DNA of 64,000 nucleotides from Balanoglossus misakiensis (GCA_040954595.2 CM082586.2:5132509-5196508); one strand, 5' to 3'; positions 1 through 11,601 are shown, counted from the first letter of the stretch. Program-made: numbers and translations. Notes: generated by a model from the sequence alone, not told the origin.

Positions 1-3000
1 GAAACGTCTGTGTAAATCGTGGTTTGTGAATTCAAGAGGTTTTCAAAAATCATGGGATCTGGTTTCAGCCGAGACCCACACCCTAAAATTAAGCAGTTCT
101 CCCAAATGTCTGCCGGGTTTTCCGGTTGTAAATGAAGTTTCACGAACAGCGGGATGTGCCGGATTGGTTTCGCATTCCATAATTTGGGATATATATTAAA
201 AATACGCAAGATGTTATTTATGTTTGTAAATTTATACTTCGTGGTTGACCTCTGAAGTCAGGTTTTTTAACAGCACACCCTTTCATGATATTTGAATTTT
301 AAGCGTTTTGCTTCAGAACTTCATGTGGAAAGGTATTTAACCAAGAATTTTGTGTAGTTTGGTGACATTTTTTGCTGCCACCCCAGAAATGTTTTCAACT
401 GAAGCAAAATAACAGATTATGAACTACTGTCCTCTAATGGGCAGCCATCTTTTCCAAGGTGTACCAAAAATTTGATGCATTTGTTTAAGAAATGCACAGT
501 GTATGGTTATAATAATACTGTTCGCTCTGACCCAGAAATTGCTAACATAGTAACAAGTAAAACCCAGTGACCCGTCCACAGATATCAAGCTGGCATTTTA
601 GATAAACGCTGACGTAAAGGGAATTTTTTATTCAGACATGTGAGACGTGATGTTAAGTCGCGTCGGCTGTCATAATTTTAGCAAGTTTTCACTTAGCGTG
701 TAATTTGATAATACAGTAGTATGGCCAGTGGGACCATAATAAAAATATGAGTCCATCATAAAACGTTCGTAGTTCTTTCTTGTTTCTGGTCGAGATTCAA
801 AGTCGACCTTCATAAACACTCTTCTGCCATGAGAAGTTAATTATCATATGACCTTATATTGGGGTCGTTGAATTTTAAAAACAGAAGTCCCCGACTTTTT
901 ATTAGCAGATATGAGGAGATCGTATGTTTTATTTAGATTTTATCGGCAGCAATAAAATGACAGTTCAATGGCAGTTTTCTCCCCCGGATTAGATTATTCC
1001 CAAATACTTCCTTCCTGGATTGTCTCATTCCTGGTATGGATAATTTTTCCGCGTGACACTGGTTTCGCAAGTATTTCTCACAATTCTCTCTTATCACCAA
1101 AACTGAAAGTTCCGTCGGCCTTTGAGCCCCCAGTTGTTTTTGTTTTCATAATCGCTCTGCCTTGGAAGGATAAAGGCAGCCAGGTCTTTGAAATTGAACG
1201 ACTTCATTCCAAATATTTCACCTGAAATGAAATGAAACTTGCCAACCGTGCCTTAATAACAGACATAATTTTAAATGCGCTATGTAATTGACTGGGTTTA
1301 ATTCACCCAAACAGTCAAAATTGCGATCCCATTGACATCACCACGCGGAGCCAGTGCATGACAGTGTACGATGGTAAAATTACCAGTGCAGTCTGCGCTA
1401 CATGACCCCTAGCCTCCCATGATAGGGTCAACCACGCAGAACACATGTTGTAAATTTACTTCGTTTCATATACAGCTGGGACTAAATCTCTGCGCTCTCT
1501 CTAAATAAAATAAAAGGCAGCTCTATGTTTCTCGTACGACAGCAAAACAGCCACACATGCAATGAGTTACTGTGTCAAAGGGGAAACCCCACTTGAAATC
1601 AAGTCAAGTTTTTAACACATACTTCGGTATACTTCGCTTTCTTTATACACACATACGGACATGCGGAGATTTTGTGATATGTTTGGAATTAGTGCTTTAT
1701 GTACAAATGTAGTTCAGGATATTGAAATTTTGGCATGTCTGGATCAGTTATCACAATCCCTAGTTAACTGAAGCACGAATTGGATGTGTACATTTGAGTA
1801 TTTATTTTGAAATTCCTGCAGATTAATTTTGCCAGTGAAATATAAATTTAAAGCTACAACTGATGTTAGCTACTTCGAGACAAAGAATATGTTGTATCTA
1901 TCACCTCTGCATCATTGCACTCTGATTAAAATCATAGCAAAGTAGATCAATAACCTCCCCATCCTCAAGGAGCATTATCTTTCCTGAAAAAATGTACATG
2001 TACATGCCACTTCTTTCACCCTGATCTCCAACCGCTGTGGCTGTCAGTCAGATCAGCAGTCAAAACCAATCAAAATTCAATAGATTTCCTGCCTGAATTA
2101 GTGATGAGAATTGAACTCTTGGCAAGTCTAAACTGGAAGGTTATTTCTGAAGATTACTTGGACACAGCTGTTTGACGGAGTGTGTCCTGTAAATTTGAGT
2201 CTGCAGTCATTTACAGCTAGACGAGGATTTAGCTGAAGCCGCAGAGCAGATGTCAGCCAGATTGGAGTGTTTGACTGTAGCCACTGTGACTTATTGAACC
2301 CGTAGCGATTGAACTGACATGAACTCTGCCCATACATCACTATGAGACAATTGTCCTGTTTGATGTTTCGATACAACTGTTTACATCAGAATTCCATCTA
2401 ATGATGAATTTGAAAGATTATTTCCGGCATTCTGTGGAATTTACTTGCAAATTTTCTCTCTCCAAATACATATCTCCGTAGACATATACATGTACACCGA
2501 ACAATTTCTTCAGTCTCGTCGGTGTTCAGTTCAGACAGGTTTTCCTGTATATGTTGTGTACGGTATATTTGGTCATGGACATGTGTGCTCTGTACAGTGG
2601 CTTGCAGGGATTTTTATCATGTTACACTTTTGAACATTCCCCAGAGTCAAACAGGAACAAGTGTTTTTGAGAATGGGTAATAATAAACAAACAAACCACT
2701 CAAAATGAGCTTAGACTCCCTCTCTCAATGTGCAATGATATTCCAACCAATCAGTATGGTAATGGTGGGATTTTCGTAATGACTGTCGTTCAGAGTTCAG
2801 ATTTAAAACGCAGTGATTGCTCCACTTAGGAACCATTATCGGGATTAAAGGTTACTTGGACAAGATTGGCTTTCCTCCATTAAACTCACTAAAGATATCT
2901 TGAATTATCATCTCATGTTTCCATGGGTACAGGATGGGGAAGATTCATACTCGATTGATGCAGCATTGTCCAATCCAGCCTGAACTTTTCAATGGCCACT

Positions 3001-3763
3001 GGCACCCTGTCACCCCTGCCCCTCCCACGCTTTGGTCTAGGCCTCTGACATTTTACAAGGGTGAGGGATACTGCATGGGTGTGATAGGATATTGAAGGGG
3101 GAACGAAAAAGACGTGAATTTTGTATGGAAGTATGAAGTCCTGATCTTCCCTGGAAGCAAGGAATAAGGAATTGGAATGGAAAAGGCTGTGTTATCACCA
3201 ATATCATGACTTTACAAGAGCATATAAAAGCTGGTATTCATGGAAATATTGCAGATTTGAGGTTTGTTTGTGAGACTAAGTATGCAAGTTCATTGCTTGT
3301 GTGTCAGGACATTGAACTTTGCATTTGTCAGGGTGCATCAATTGTATCGTGTGTGTCCAGGCAGGCCAAGTTTATGTCTTGTTGGCCTTTTTATCATGTT
3401 AGCTGTGTTATCTAAACTGCTAGTGCGTGCGTACAGTCACTCTTGAAACTGTAAAAATAGTGGTGACTTACGATGACACGGAGGTCATCATAACTTTAAA
3501 AAGTATGTAGCCAGTCATACATGACTGACAGCAATGAAAACTATCACCAGTTATTTTTATCCCCCTATTGACCAGTGACTTCAGAGTATGGTGTAGTGGT
3601 GGGATGTTTGATGTCAGGTAATGTTTCAGTGTATTTCGGGAAAACACTTTCCCGCTGTTGCGATCCTGTTATTTTTAGGGAGATTCTTCATTGCCATTAG
3701 TCGGCATTCCGTGAGAGGTGTCCGCTTACTTTTCTTGAGCGGTGATGACCTTGGAGGTCATCC

Positions 3764-3854
3764 ATGGGATGTCAACTTCAAGGCCGAAGGCACTCATCTG
3801 TGATCGCGACTCAATGCAGTGGCCTCATGAATTTGTCAGTGGTGGGAAATGTTG
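3764..3854 (+). CDS. Candidate first coding exon of the PDZ-PH-PH gene (MGCQLQGRRHSSVIATQCSGLMNLSVVGNV)
   Basis: ccATGG after an in-frame TGA (3746), open to TTG|GTGAGG at 3855, which gives the phase 1 required by the 4413 acceptor. Other phase-1 options exist (ATG TCA G|GTAATG at 3611-3617; ATG G|GTAATA at 2673-2676), or the true exon lies outside the window. Confidence 0.3.
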
Positions 3855-4412
3855 GTGAGGTAACAAAATATGCAAAAATCAAATATTGACAGTAAAATTA
3901 AATAATCAATTGACAAATTTGTGTAAGTCTAATATACTGTAAACATGGCGTCTGGTGGGGTCACATTTTTCACATAATTTTGAGCACATTCTGTTGGCAG
4001 TTAAAATTAAGATGTCACACAGAGCCCTTGTTGTATTCTGTGATTTAAGATGACCCACATGGTTTTGACATTTAACCTTTGAAACTATCCCTCGGGGATG
4101 TTGTTTATACTATCTTTCAGTTTGAAGTTTCTTTTTCTAATGCCCTACATAGATGACACTTTCATCGTGTGGTTGAATGGCCATGCGTTTCTGTTTTTGC
4201 TGGGTGTTTTTTAATTGAAAATGTCAGTAACATTAAAAGTAAATTGCGTTTCACCAGACAGCATAATTCGCTTTTAATCTTCACTATTTCTAGTTTCAAA
4301 CAATATTTACATATCACATAGTACATGTATTTACATATGGTGTGGTTGCTCATTCATAATATTATTCAGGTTTTGATTGAAATGCTGTGTGTATTTATTA
4401 ATTCTCCAACAG

Positions 4413-6158
4413 ATCTACCAAACGACGTATCAAATGTAGCAACCATCGACAAGAACGAAACGACGAGTGAAAATTCAGCCGAACCGGAGCAGACCGACGA
4501 GAAACCACCTGTCGAGGAGAACGCAGAAGAAGCGGACGCGGAAACAGAAGCGGTCGGGTCGGACCTCGAAGAGTGGTCGTCGTGTTCCGGGGACTCGGCG
4601 TCTTGGGAGTCGGAGAGCGCGGGATCCGGCGACGACGGCGACGACATGGGGAAGAAGAACAAGAAGGGCTACATGATATACTCCAAGGAGGAGTTCAAGG
4701 AGGAGTACCCGGCCGAGCAGCAGGAGGAGAAGAAGAAGCGGCGGAGCTTCTTGCGACGGCGCCGGAAGAAGAAGAAGAACGTGGACGACAACACCGCGAG
4801 CGAGTGCAGCGCGTACAGCGGATACAGCGGGTATTCTGGTTACTCCAATTCGACGTTCCACGCCGACGATGAAAACAGGAGCGTGGGGAGCGACGGCAAG
4901 TCGCTGGACGACTGCGACGCGAACGAACGCGCCATCGACGTGCCGGCCGGCTTCCTGCAGCGGCAGCTGGAGCAGAAGCGGCAGCGCGAGCGGGAGGCGT
5001 CGCTGAAGTCCGACAAGAGGAGGTCGAAGGTCGCGGCGGCGGACGGGGATGCTCAGAGAATGGAGGGTGGTGGAAGGTCTTCGCAGGGGAAGGCGGAGAC
5101 GACGTCGTATCAGGTTGCGTACCAGCAGGAGGTGCAAGCGACCAAGAGGGTGGACATCGATCAGGTGGTCCCACCCAAGAAGCCGCCGAGGGTCAAGTCG
5201 TTGTCGGAAGAGCAGCCTGCTGCAACTACGGGCGGCGCCGTGCCGAATCTGTACTCGACTCTGCCCAGCATGGAGGATAAGCAGTACGTGTACTTGGATC
5301 CCAATGCGCAGATCCAGCTGCAGCCTGCGAGTACGACGACGACAGCGGCGGTGTCGCAGGTGGTTAAACCCAGCCTGCCTGTGCCGCCTCCCAAACCGAA
5401 GCGCTTGAGCCGGACGGAGAACGAGACTGCGGCCGACGGAAGCGTGACAGTGGCCCAGGTTCACTCTCCGACGGAGAAGACTGAGAGAGAGACGGAGAAG
5501 GAGTCGTATAACGCCGACATGGAGCAAGACTTGCAATTCATGGACAATGTCGAGGAACAGCTACACGAAATCCTCTCGGTGGAAAGCGTCCTCAAAGAGC
5601 TGGACGACACGATATCGCAAGCGTCCGACGAGATCGTCATGGAAGAGGCGTTGCGGCAACAAGAGACGTCCCCGGACGGTGGGAGAATCGAGATCACCGA
5701 CATTCCCATACAAGAGAATTTCATGAAACTCAACGACGTAGAAAAGGGGAGCAGTAGCGAGGATCTGATAGAACCGAACACGCCCCCACCGACGCCCATC
5801 GGTGGTACGCCACCATTGAAACGCCCGCCGGTGATACCGTTGAAAAAGCTGGAAGCACTGAATTTGAACTCAACAAACGACCAATCAGAGCTGTTGCAAG
5901 ATGAATCCAGCCCTCCGATTGGTCGAACAAGGCAAGATGAAGTGAACACAGCCAATCAGAATGGACTTGTCACACCGAGGAGACGGTTCCGTAACAAGAG
6001 CTCCAAGAGTTTGACGTCAACAGGGGAATGCGACTCCGAGGAAGAGGATGATGATGGCGGCATCTTCGATGAAAGTTACCGAGCCTCCACGTGGATTTAC
6101 GTCGGTGAAAACGATGACCCTGTGTTTTTTTCAAGTTCAGCGAGAAGCAGTATGCAAA
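4413..6158 (+). CDS. PDZ-PH-PH gene, large GC-rich exon (acidic/basic/proline-rich disordered region)
   Basis: Core of the 629-aa ORF 4325..6214. Acceptor ctccaacAG 4411-4412, donor GTGAGT 6159. Strong G/C third-position bias. Confidence 0.9.
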
Positions 6159-9100
6159 GTGAGTTACTTGCAGAGTGGCCTGCAGATGTTTGTAATAGTG
6201 AATATACACTATAGATACATACTCGATTTCCAACTTGGTTAGCTCAGGGCTAACCCAAGGCCAGTCTGGTTAAGCCCATTCAGCACTAATACACAACCAA
6301 TAGCACAGGCTACACAACCAATAGTGGCAGTTAGCTAACACTGGGCAAACCCATCATTAGCCAAATGTTACCCAATCAGAAAAGTACTTTTGATCTGCTT
6401 TGGCGATTGGTTAGAAGCTTCAAAGAGTTTCTGGAGAATACATATTGCAGCAAGGGTGGTTCACTGAAGTTTCAACACCGAACTTTGCAAACTTTGTACC
6501 AACTCTAACTGTCTGCATTATTGTCAAACCTGTACAGGTTCTCCAAGGAGCATTGACAGTGGATTCTCGCGCGGCCGACTGGAACGTGGGTCCACCAGCA
6601 CAACTGCATCGGAAGCCGAGTTTCAGATGTGCTACCAGAGCATCGCCACAAGAAGACGTGTATTCTGGAGTGACTCGGCACAGAGTTACAGCAGGTTATC
6701 GGCCAACTGTGAGTTGAAACTCTTTATGTTGTGATAAGATTTTAGTTATGCCATGTGTTTGCCTGCTTCAGGGTTTCTCTGAGCATTTAGCATTCACACT
6801 GGGTGAGCTGATAGCCATAGAAGCAGACCTCTGAATTAGACCAACTTTCTGTTCATTGTAGTAGTACCCCCGGTAGTAGTAATTTGATTATTATTGTGAC
6901 ATGCAGCTTATTCTGAGTTGCCTGACCCAAAGGACTTATAAGTCACCGTTACATCGGAGATTTTGCAGATACTGTGTGAAGAGCGAGGGAGAATTCAGAA
7001 ACACCTATTTAAAGCACTGTATATTTCTGTCCATTAAATAATTCCCGCATCTGATTTCATTGCAGTCCGAGAGAGAACAGTGACAGTGGTCAGGAAGGAC
7101 GGTCAGCTGGGTTTCCGCATCCAGTTCAGCCGTCCGGTCAGAGTGACCGGAGTCGATAAGAGTGAGTTGTTAGAACTGAGAGTTCAGAGCCTTTGAACTG
7201 GGGAACGTTATTCAGCTGGTAATCTGTTCAAGTTACATGTATGTGCAGTGTTGAAAATGATGAAGACATGGGCAATGTAATAAAATCTGTTTATCAATTA
7301 ATTGCATTCTATAGGTGGGGCAGCGGAAGAGGCCGGTCTCCAAATCGGTGATGCTGTATTGGAAGTCGATGGTGTTGATGTGATGATGTCATCGCACAGT
7401 GAAGTCGTCAGATGTGTCCAAAAGGGTGAGTCACTCACAGTCAAGTAACAGTGCAAAAAATCTCAGTAATGTAGTAATGGCAAAACATTTTAACCAATCA
7501 TTCCAAAATGAAGCATGTACGGTATATATATATACAGAATATATGTTACTAACTTGCGATTTTTATCCTGACCTCATTTTGACCCTGTGACTCCCATTTC
7601 CCTGTGTAGAGGTCCAACTGTACCATTGGAAACAATGGATTTGGACAAAACCATGATGGTGAAAGGGTTAAAATTTTATTTTTTTGTACACATAGGTGGT
7701 GAGAGCATAAGAATGGTGGTTGGTACGTGTATCTCCAATGCTCTCAATCTGCCCTCGGATCAGCCAGTCATGTCCGGTTATCTCTACAAGCAAGGCGGCA
7801 CTGGTTTGAGACTCTGGCGGAAGAGGTACTTTGTACTGAAACACGATAACTGTCTGTATTATTACAAGACAGACAAGGTATGTGTCTTGGTGTCATTTCC
7901 AATGGATTATTGCCAATAGTATGTCACTCTTTTCCTTTCTGTGGAAACCCGAGTTTGCTGTTCCATATGGGAGCCCTCTGGTGCTATAGATTTCTCTCGA
8001 GGGCTTGCTTTTGTTTTTGTAAGCACTAAGTGTGGACAGGCTTATTACAAAACCAACCCTTGCAGCGAAATATATTTGCCCAACAACGGTAGTGGGGTAA
8101 AGGCATTTACATGTGCATTCATGCTATATGCTTTCTTATTTGGGGTGATGCAGTGTCCATGACTTTTTTTTTATATTTCGCTTGACAGGAGAAGGAACCA
8201 GTAGGAGCCATTGTGTTACCCAACTACACGGTCACAAAGGTCCACGACAAAAGTTTCACCTTCAAACTCACGAAATACTGCGCCAAGACGTATTACCTCC
8301 ACGCTTCAAATGACGATGAAATGAACAGGTAAGTAGCAGTTGTCCAAACAAAATTTGTTTTGGAAAGTGGCAGTTCCCAGTAGGTTCCCATGATCACCAT
8401 TTGTAAGTATGAGTGAAGCAAAACGAGATCTGAGTTTTGAAACTGTGGCCAATCCACATAAATGAATTTGGCTGTGTCAGTGCATAGACATTTCAGCTGG
8501 GGAGTATATAATGGGTGGATGGGTTTGAATGTTAAGTGTGCCCCCTAGAAAGTCAATCAGAATCAGTCCCGGTGATGAAGTCAGATGAGCTAGGGACTAT
8601 GGATAAGTATTGCAGGTCCGTTGCAACCTGTTGAATGAGAGATGAAAAAAGATTTTGAAAATATGTAAACGCGTAGTTCATGTATTCTCTCTACCACAGA
8701 TGGGCGCAAGTTTTGACAGAAGCCACCAATCCAAGAAATAAAGTCGACCCCTGGCTGGATATCGCCACTCACAACGTGCGGCTCCCAGCTATGTCCATCA
8801 GCCAGCCAGATTGCCATGGTTACCTCTATAAAATGGGAGGTAGACGGAAGAACTGGAGGAGGCGATACTGTGTGTTGAAAGATGCCTGCTTTTATTACTA
8901 TACTGATGAAACTGCACCAACAGCACAAGGCAAGTAATCTGTCTCTTCCCCTTCCAAGTAACAACCAGTCATAGGTACCAGTCTCGGTTATTAGCATAAC
9001 AAACAGATTTCTTGTTAGTGAAGTCTGTTTTAGCCACCTTGCTGATAGTGTTGCTGTACGTGTTTCAACCCGTAGGCAGACTCACATCGAAAACAAGAAG

Positions 9101-9640
9101 ATCAGATTTAATCATCGTAGATTTTCTATTTTCAGGACTATAGACAACAAATAACTATTCAGTTGATTATTTTGTGCATGTAGGCATGGCTCATTTCCAC
9201 GGTTACAGTATCCAGGAGACCGAGCTTGGCAACAAGAGGTTTGCATTTACACTGACCCCGCCACACCCACAGATGAGGACGTGGTGCTTCAATGCAGACC
9301 ACGATGTTGACAGGAAACGGTGAGTGTGTGTGTTTGGCCCTGGGTGATTTTGAAAAGTTGAGAGAGGTGGATAATTGATTTGACGGTTGTTGTGCAGGGT
9401 GCATGAAATCTTTGTCACCTTGTTGTGAATATATTCAGGTCTCATGATGTGAACAATGAAGTCTTAGCATAGATGACAATCAGTATGTAGACAGCAATGA
9501 CAATCAGAAAAATTGTGTTTTAATTTCTACACAGATGGATATCAGCTCTGGCCGAATCAATCGGACGTTGGATTTGCATCGACAAGTTACCGTCACAGAC
9601 AGACGAAGATGGCGATGATGATGAATATGAAGATATGTAA
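4413..9640 (+). CDS. Multi-exon PDZ + tandem PH domain scaffold protein (>=972 aa; 5' exon uncertain)
   Basis: Hand-spliced exons 4413-6158, 6538-6708, 7066-7161, 7315-7425, 7696-7877, 8189-8328, 8700-8929, 9184-9319, 9535-9640 join in frame (phases 1,1,1,1,1,0,2,1,2), all with AG acceptors and GT donors except one GC donor. PDZ: RTVTVVRKDGQLGFRIQ...GGAAEEAGLQIGDAVLEVDG-type sequence. PH1: GYLYKQGGTGLRLWRKRYFVL...EMNRW. PH2: GYLYKMGGRRKNWRRRYCVL...DRKRWISAL. Stop TAA 9638-9640. Confidence 0.9.
6538..6708 (+). CDS. PDZ-PH-PH gene exon (SPRSIDSGFSRGRLERGSTSTTASEAEFQMCYQSIATRRRVFWSDSAQSYSRLSAN)
   Basis: tgtacAG acceptor, GTGAGT donor at 6709, 171 nt, phase 1-1, open frame. Confidence 0.85.
7066..7161 (+). 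CDS. PDZ domain exon 1
   Basis: ttgcAG / GTGAGT. Encodes RERTVTVVRKDGQLGFRIQFSRPVRVTGVDK (GLGF-like loop QLGF). Confidence 0.9.
7315..7425 (+). CDS. PDZ domain exon 2
   Basis: ctatAG / GTGAGT. Encodes GAAEEAGLQIGDAVLEVDGVDVMMSSHSEVVRCVQK; His at the start of helix B is typical of class I PDZ domains. Confidence 0.9.
7579..7671. mobile_element. 93-bp piggyBac-like MITE (TTGA-CCCT...AGGG-TTAA) in an intron
   Basis: Ends ttga|ccct and aggg|ttaa. Body (ccc..gaggtccaa..ccat.gaaa..atgg.tttggac..aaccatg.tggtgaaagggttaa) aligns by eye with the 93-94 bp core of the 153-bp satellite at 25.2-26.1 kb. Confidence 0.65.
7696..7877 (+). CDS. End of PDZ and N-half of PH1
   Basis: catAG / GTATGT. Encodes GESIRMVVG...MSGYLYKQGGTGLRLWRKRYFVLKHDNCLYYYKTDK. 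Confidence 0.92.
8189..8328 (+). CDS. C-half of PH1
   Basis: ttgacAG / GTAAGT. Encodes EKEPVGAIVLPNYTVTKVHDKSFTFKLTKYCAKTYYLHASNDDEMN. Confidence 0.92.
8700..8929 (+). CDS. PH1 helix, linker and N-half of PH2 (ends at a GC donor)
   Basis: ccacAG acceptor. Encodes WAQVLTEA...CHGYLYKMGGRRKNWRRRYCVLKDACFYYYTDETAPTAQ. Donor AAG|GCAAGT at 8930. Confidence 0.9.
9184..9319 (+). CDS. C-half of PH2
   Basis: catgtAG / GTGAGT. Encodes GMAHFHGYSIQETELGNKRFAFTLTPPHPQMRTWCFNADHDVDRK. Confidence 0.9.
9535..9640 (+). CDS. Terminal coding exon of the PDZ-PH-PH gene
   Basis: tacacAG acceptor. Encodes WISALAESIGRWICIDKLPSQTDEDGDDDEYEDM*. Confidence 0.9.
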
Positions 9641-10888
9641 ATTTCAGAAGAATGTCTTCAGTTGTAGAGACATTTTCTGCGAGACTGTGAAACTGAAAAC
9701 GAAACAGTGATAACCTTCCATCCCCTGCGATGTCGCAGATGGGTCCAACCATTTTTTTTTGCTGAGTATTTCGATTTTATTGTTTGCTTGTATGTTATGT
9801 TTAATATGTGATATCTCTCGGTAAACAACTTAGAGCTGACATAGTATTATAGTTTGTGTAAGAAAAATATTATTTAAGCAATGTTCTCTGTAATTGAAAG
9901 ATGCACAGACCATATAAGCCAAAGTTAATATTAAGCTAAGACTTGATACAAATGACTGTCCATTCAGTCTTTTTACATACCTGTACATAATATTCGGTGC
10001 AACTGACCGTGATTTAAGCTTGAATATAAATCCTTATTTTAAGAAATATTTTATATAAATGTTAAAGCTTTTATAGTGGCATTGACATCTGTACCTAGCA
10101 ATGTTTATAAAGATACTTTTAGTTTTAAAATTCTACCGATAGCATCAAATTTAAATTAATGTTTTTTGAAGCAGTCGATGAACTTTTTAACAGGGAAATT
10201 AATATTCTCTTGTATTTATGATAGATGTTAGAACTGCAAAATGAATGTGGACCTGTCCTCCCTATTTATGTATAAATGGGATAGCCTCAGAGTTACTGAA
10301 ACCAGGACTAAACCAAAATACAGGCGCAGAAGGGTAGCAATTAACATGAGTACTTAAATTTAAAGTCCAAAGCTTTATTCTATAAATTATATTAATACCA
10401 ACATGAATTGGGACTACTTTGATAAGGGCAGTGTTAATTTTCTAGCAATTAATTAAAGTTATTATCTGTTATACAGGAAGTCTTTTACTGCCAGCTGAAA
10501 ATTTACAATTACATATACGTGTTCTTTCAGATCTCACTATCCTATAAAAACCCTGGAATAACCTCAGCTGACCTGTAACCCTTTGTAACCTGTCAGTCAT
10601 ACTAGTTTACCAGTCAGGCAGTGTTTTTATGTGATAACCCATTTAATATGGTATCTTTTCATCCAGATGTCTAATCTTCACAAGTTTATATGTGAAAAAA
10701 TTGTGGTCTTGGATTTGACATCTCTCTAATCGTCCACCGGACCAGTATATGTGCACAATATACATGTATTGTTTTTCATCATAAAAGCTTTCGCTGAAGC
10801 GTCACAAAAATTGAACTATGAGAAGCTCACCAATACATGTATATAGACACTTATTACCAAATCATTGCTAAATTGGGAATTGACGTCT

Positions 10889-10960
10889 TGGAGATAATAA
10901 CAAAAGAATCTGTGTGGAGATAAAAACAAAAGAATCTGTGTGGAGATAAAAACAAAAGAA
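10889..10960. repeat. 26-bp tandem repeat, ~2.8 copies, in the 3' UTR of gene 1
   Basis: tggagataaaaacaaaagaatctgtg at 10889 (1 mismatch), 10915, and partial at 10941. Confidence 0.85.
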
Positions 10961-11341
10961 CCTCTGGACTTAAAGTGTAGGGTGCTCTAAAAAAGCGCTG
11001 CATTTGGTGTGGTGTGTATATCAAGATTGTACTGTGTTTGAAAAATATTTTCTGCCAGATCTTTGCTTTCCAGACATTGAAGTATGTACCTCTACTTCTG
11101 CAAAGTATATGCCGTTTTTCAAGTACACAGCTTGTTTCTTTCACGGTATATGTACTTCTTTTCAAATCCTGAAAATTGGAGATAAAAAATTCAAACTGGG
11201 AAATAATGAGAAGGAAATTAAAGGATAATGTAATATGCTTCTTTATATCATTATTGTGTTTCTGGAAATATTTAGGGAATTTCTTGGTTACATTTCTCTG
11301 AAGTAATGTAACTCATCACTTTGCTGTGATACTAATATGGC

Positions 11342-11347
11342 AATAAA
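11342..11347 (+). terminator. Probable polyadenylation signal of the PDZ-PH-PH gene
   Basis: AATAAA followed by TG/T-rich sequence (ctgtcagtctgtgcgtg...ttgtcttttcttt), where the T-rich strand bias switches. Confidence 0.55.
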
Positions 11348-11595
11348 GAATAATTTTCTGTCAGTCTGTGCGTGATGAGTTGTCTTTTCTTTACATTCCT
11401 ACAAAAGAAGATAAACACACATATCTGACACATTACATTTAATAGTACACACAGGACAAACAATTATTGTTTACACCACAGAAAACAAATAAAACTTAAA
11501 AATCTTAACAGAACAACACACAAACATATTTAAACTGGAAACAAAACAACTGTAAATGAAACATGATACACTTGAATATGTGAAAAAAAAAAGAA

Positions 11596-11601
11596 TTTAT
11601 T
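11596..11601 (-). terminator. Candidate polyadenylation signal of the 218-aa gene (alternative ATTAAA at 11438-11443)
   Basis: tttatt on + is AATAAA on -. Downstream minus-strand sequence is GT/T-rich. Confidence 0.4.

Noticed and set aside
4325-4412. N-terminal part of the 629-aa ORF (MYLHMVWLLIH...) as a signal peptide
   Set aside because: AT-rich intron-like sequence ending in a clear acceptor at 4412. The ORF tail after 6158 is likewise intronic.
4366-5955. Long antisense and alternative-frame ORFs (e.g. 4475..5536, 353 aa) over the large exon
   Set aside because: Expected shadows of GC3-rich coding sequence, with no domain-like content. The same applies to the shadow ORFs at 14348-14992 and 20910-22140.
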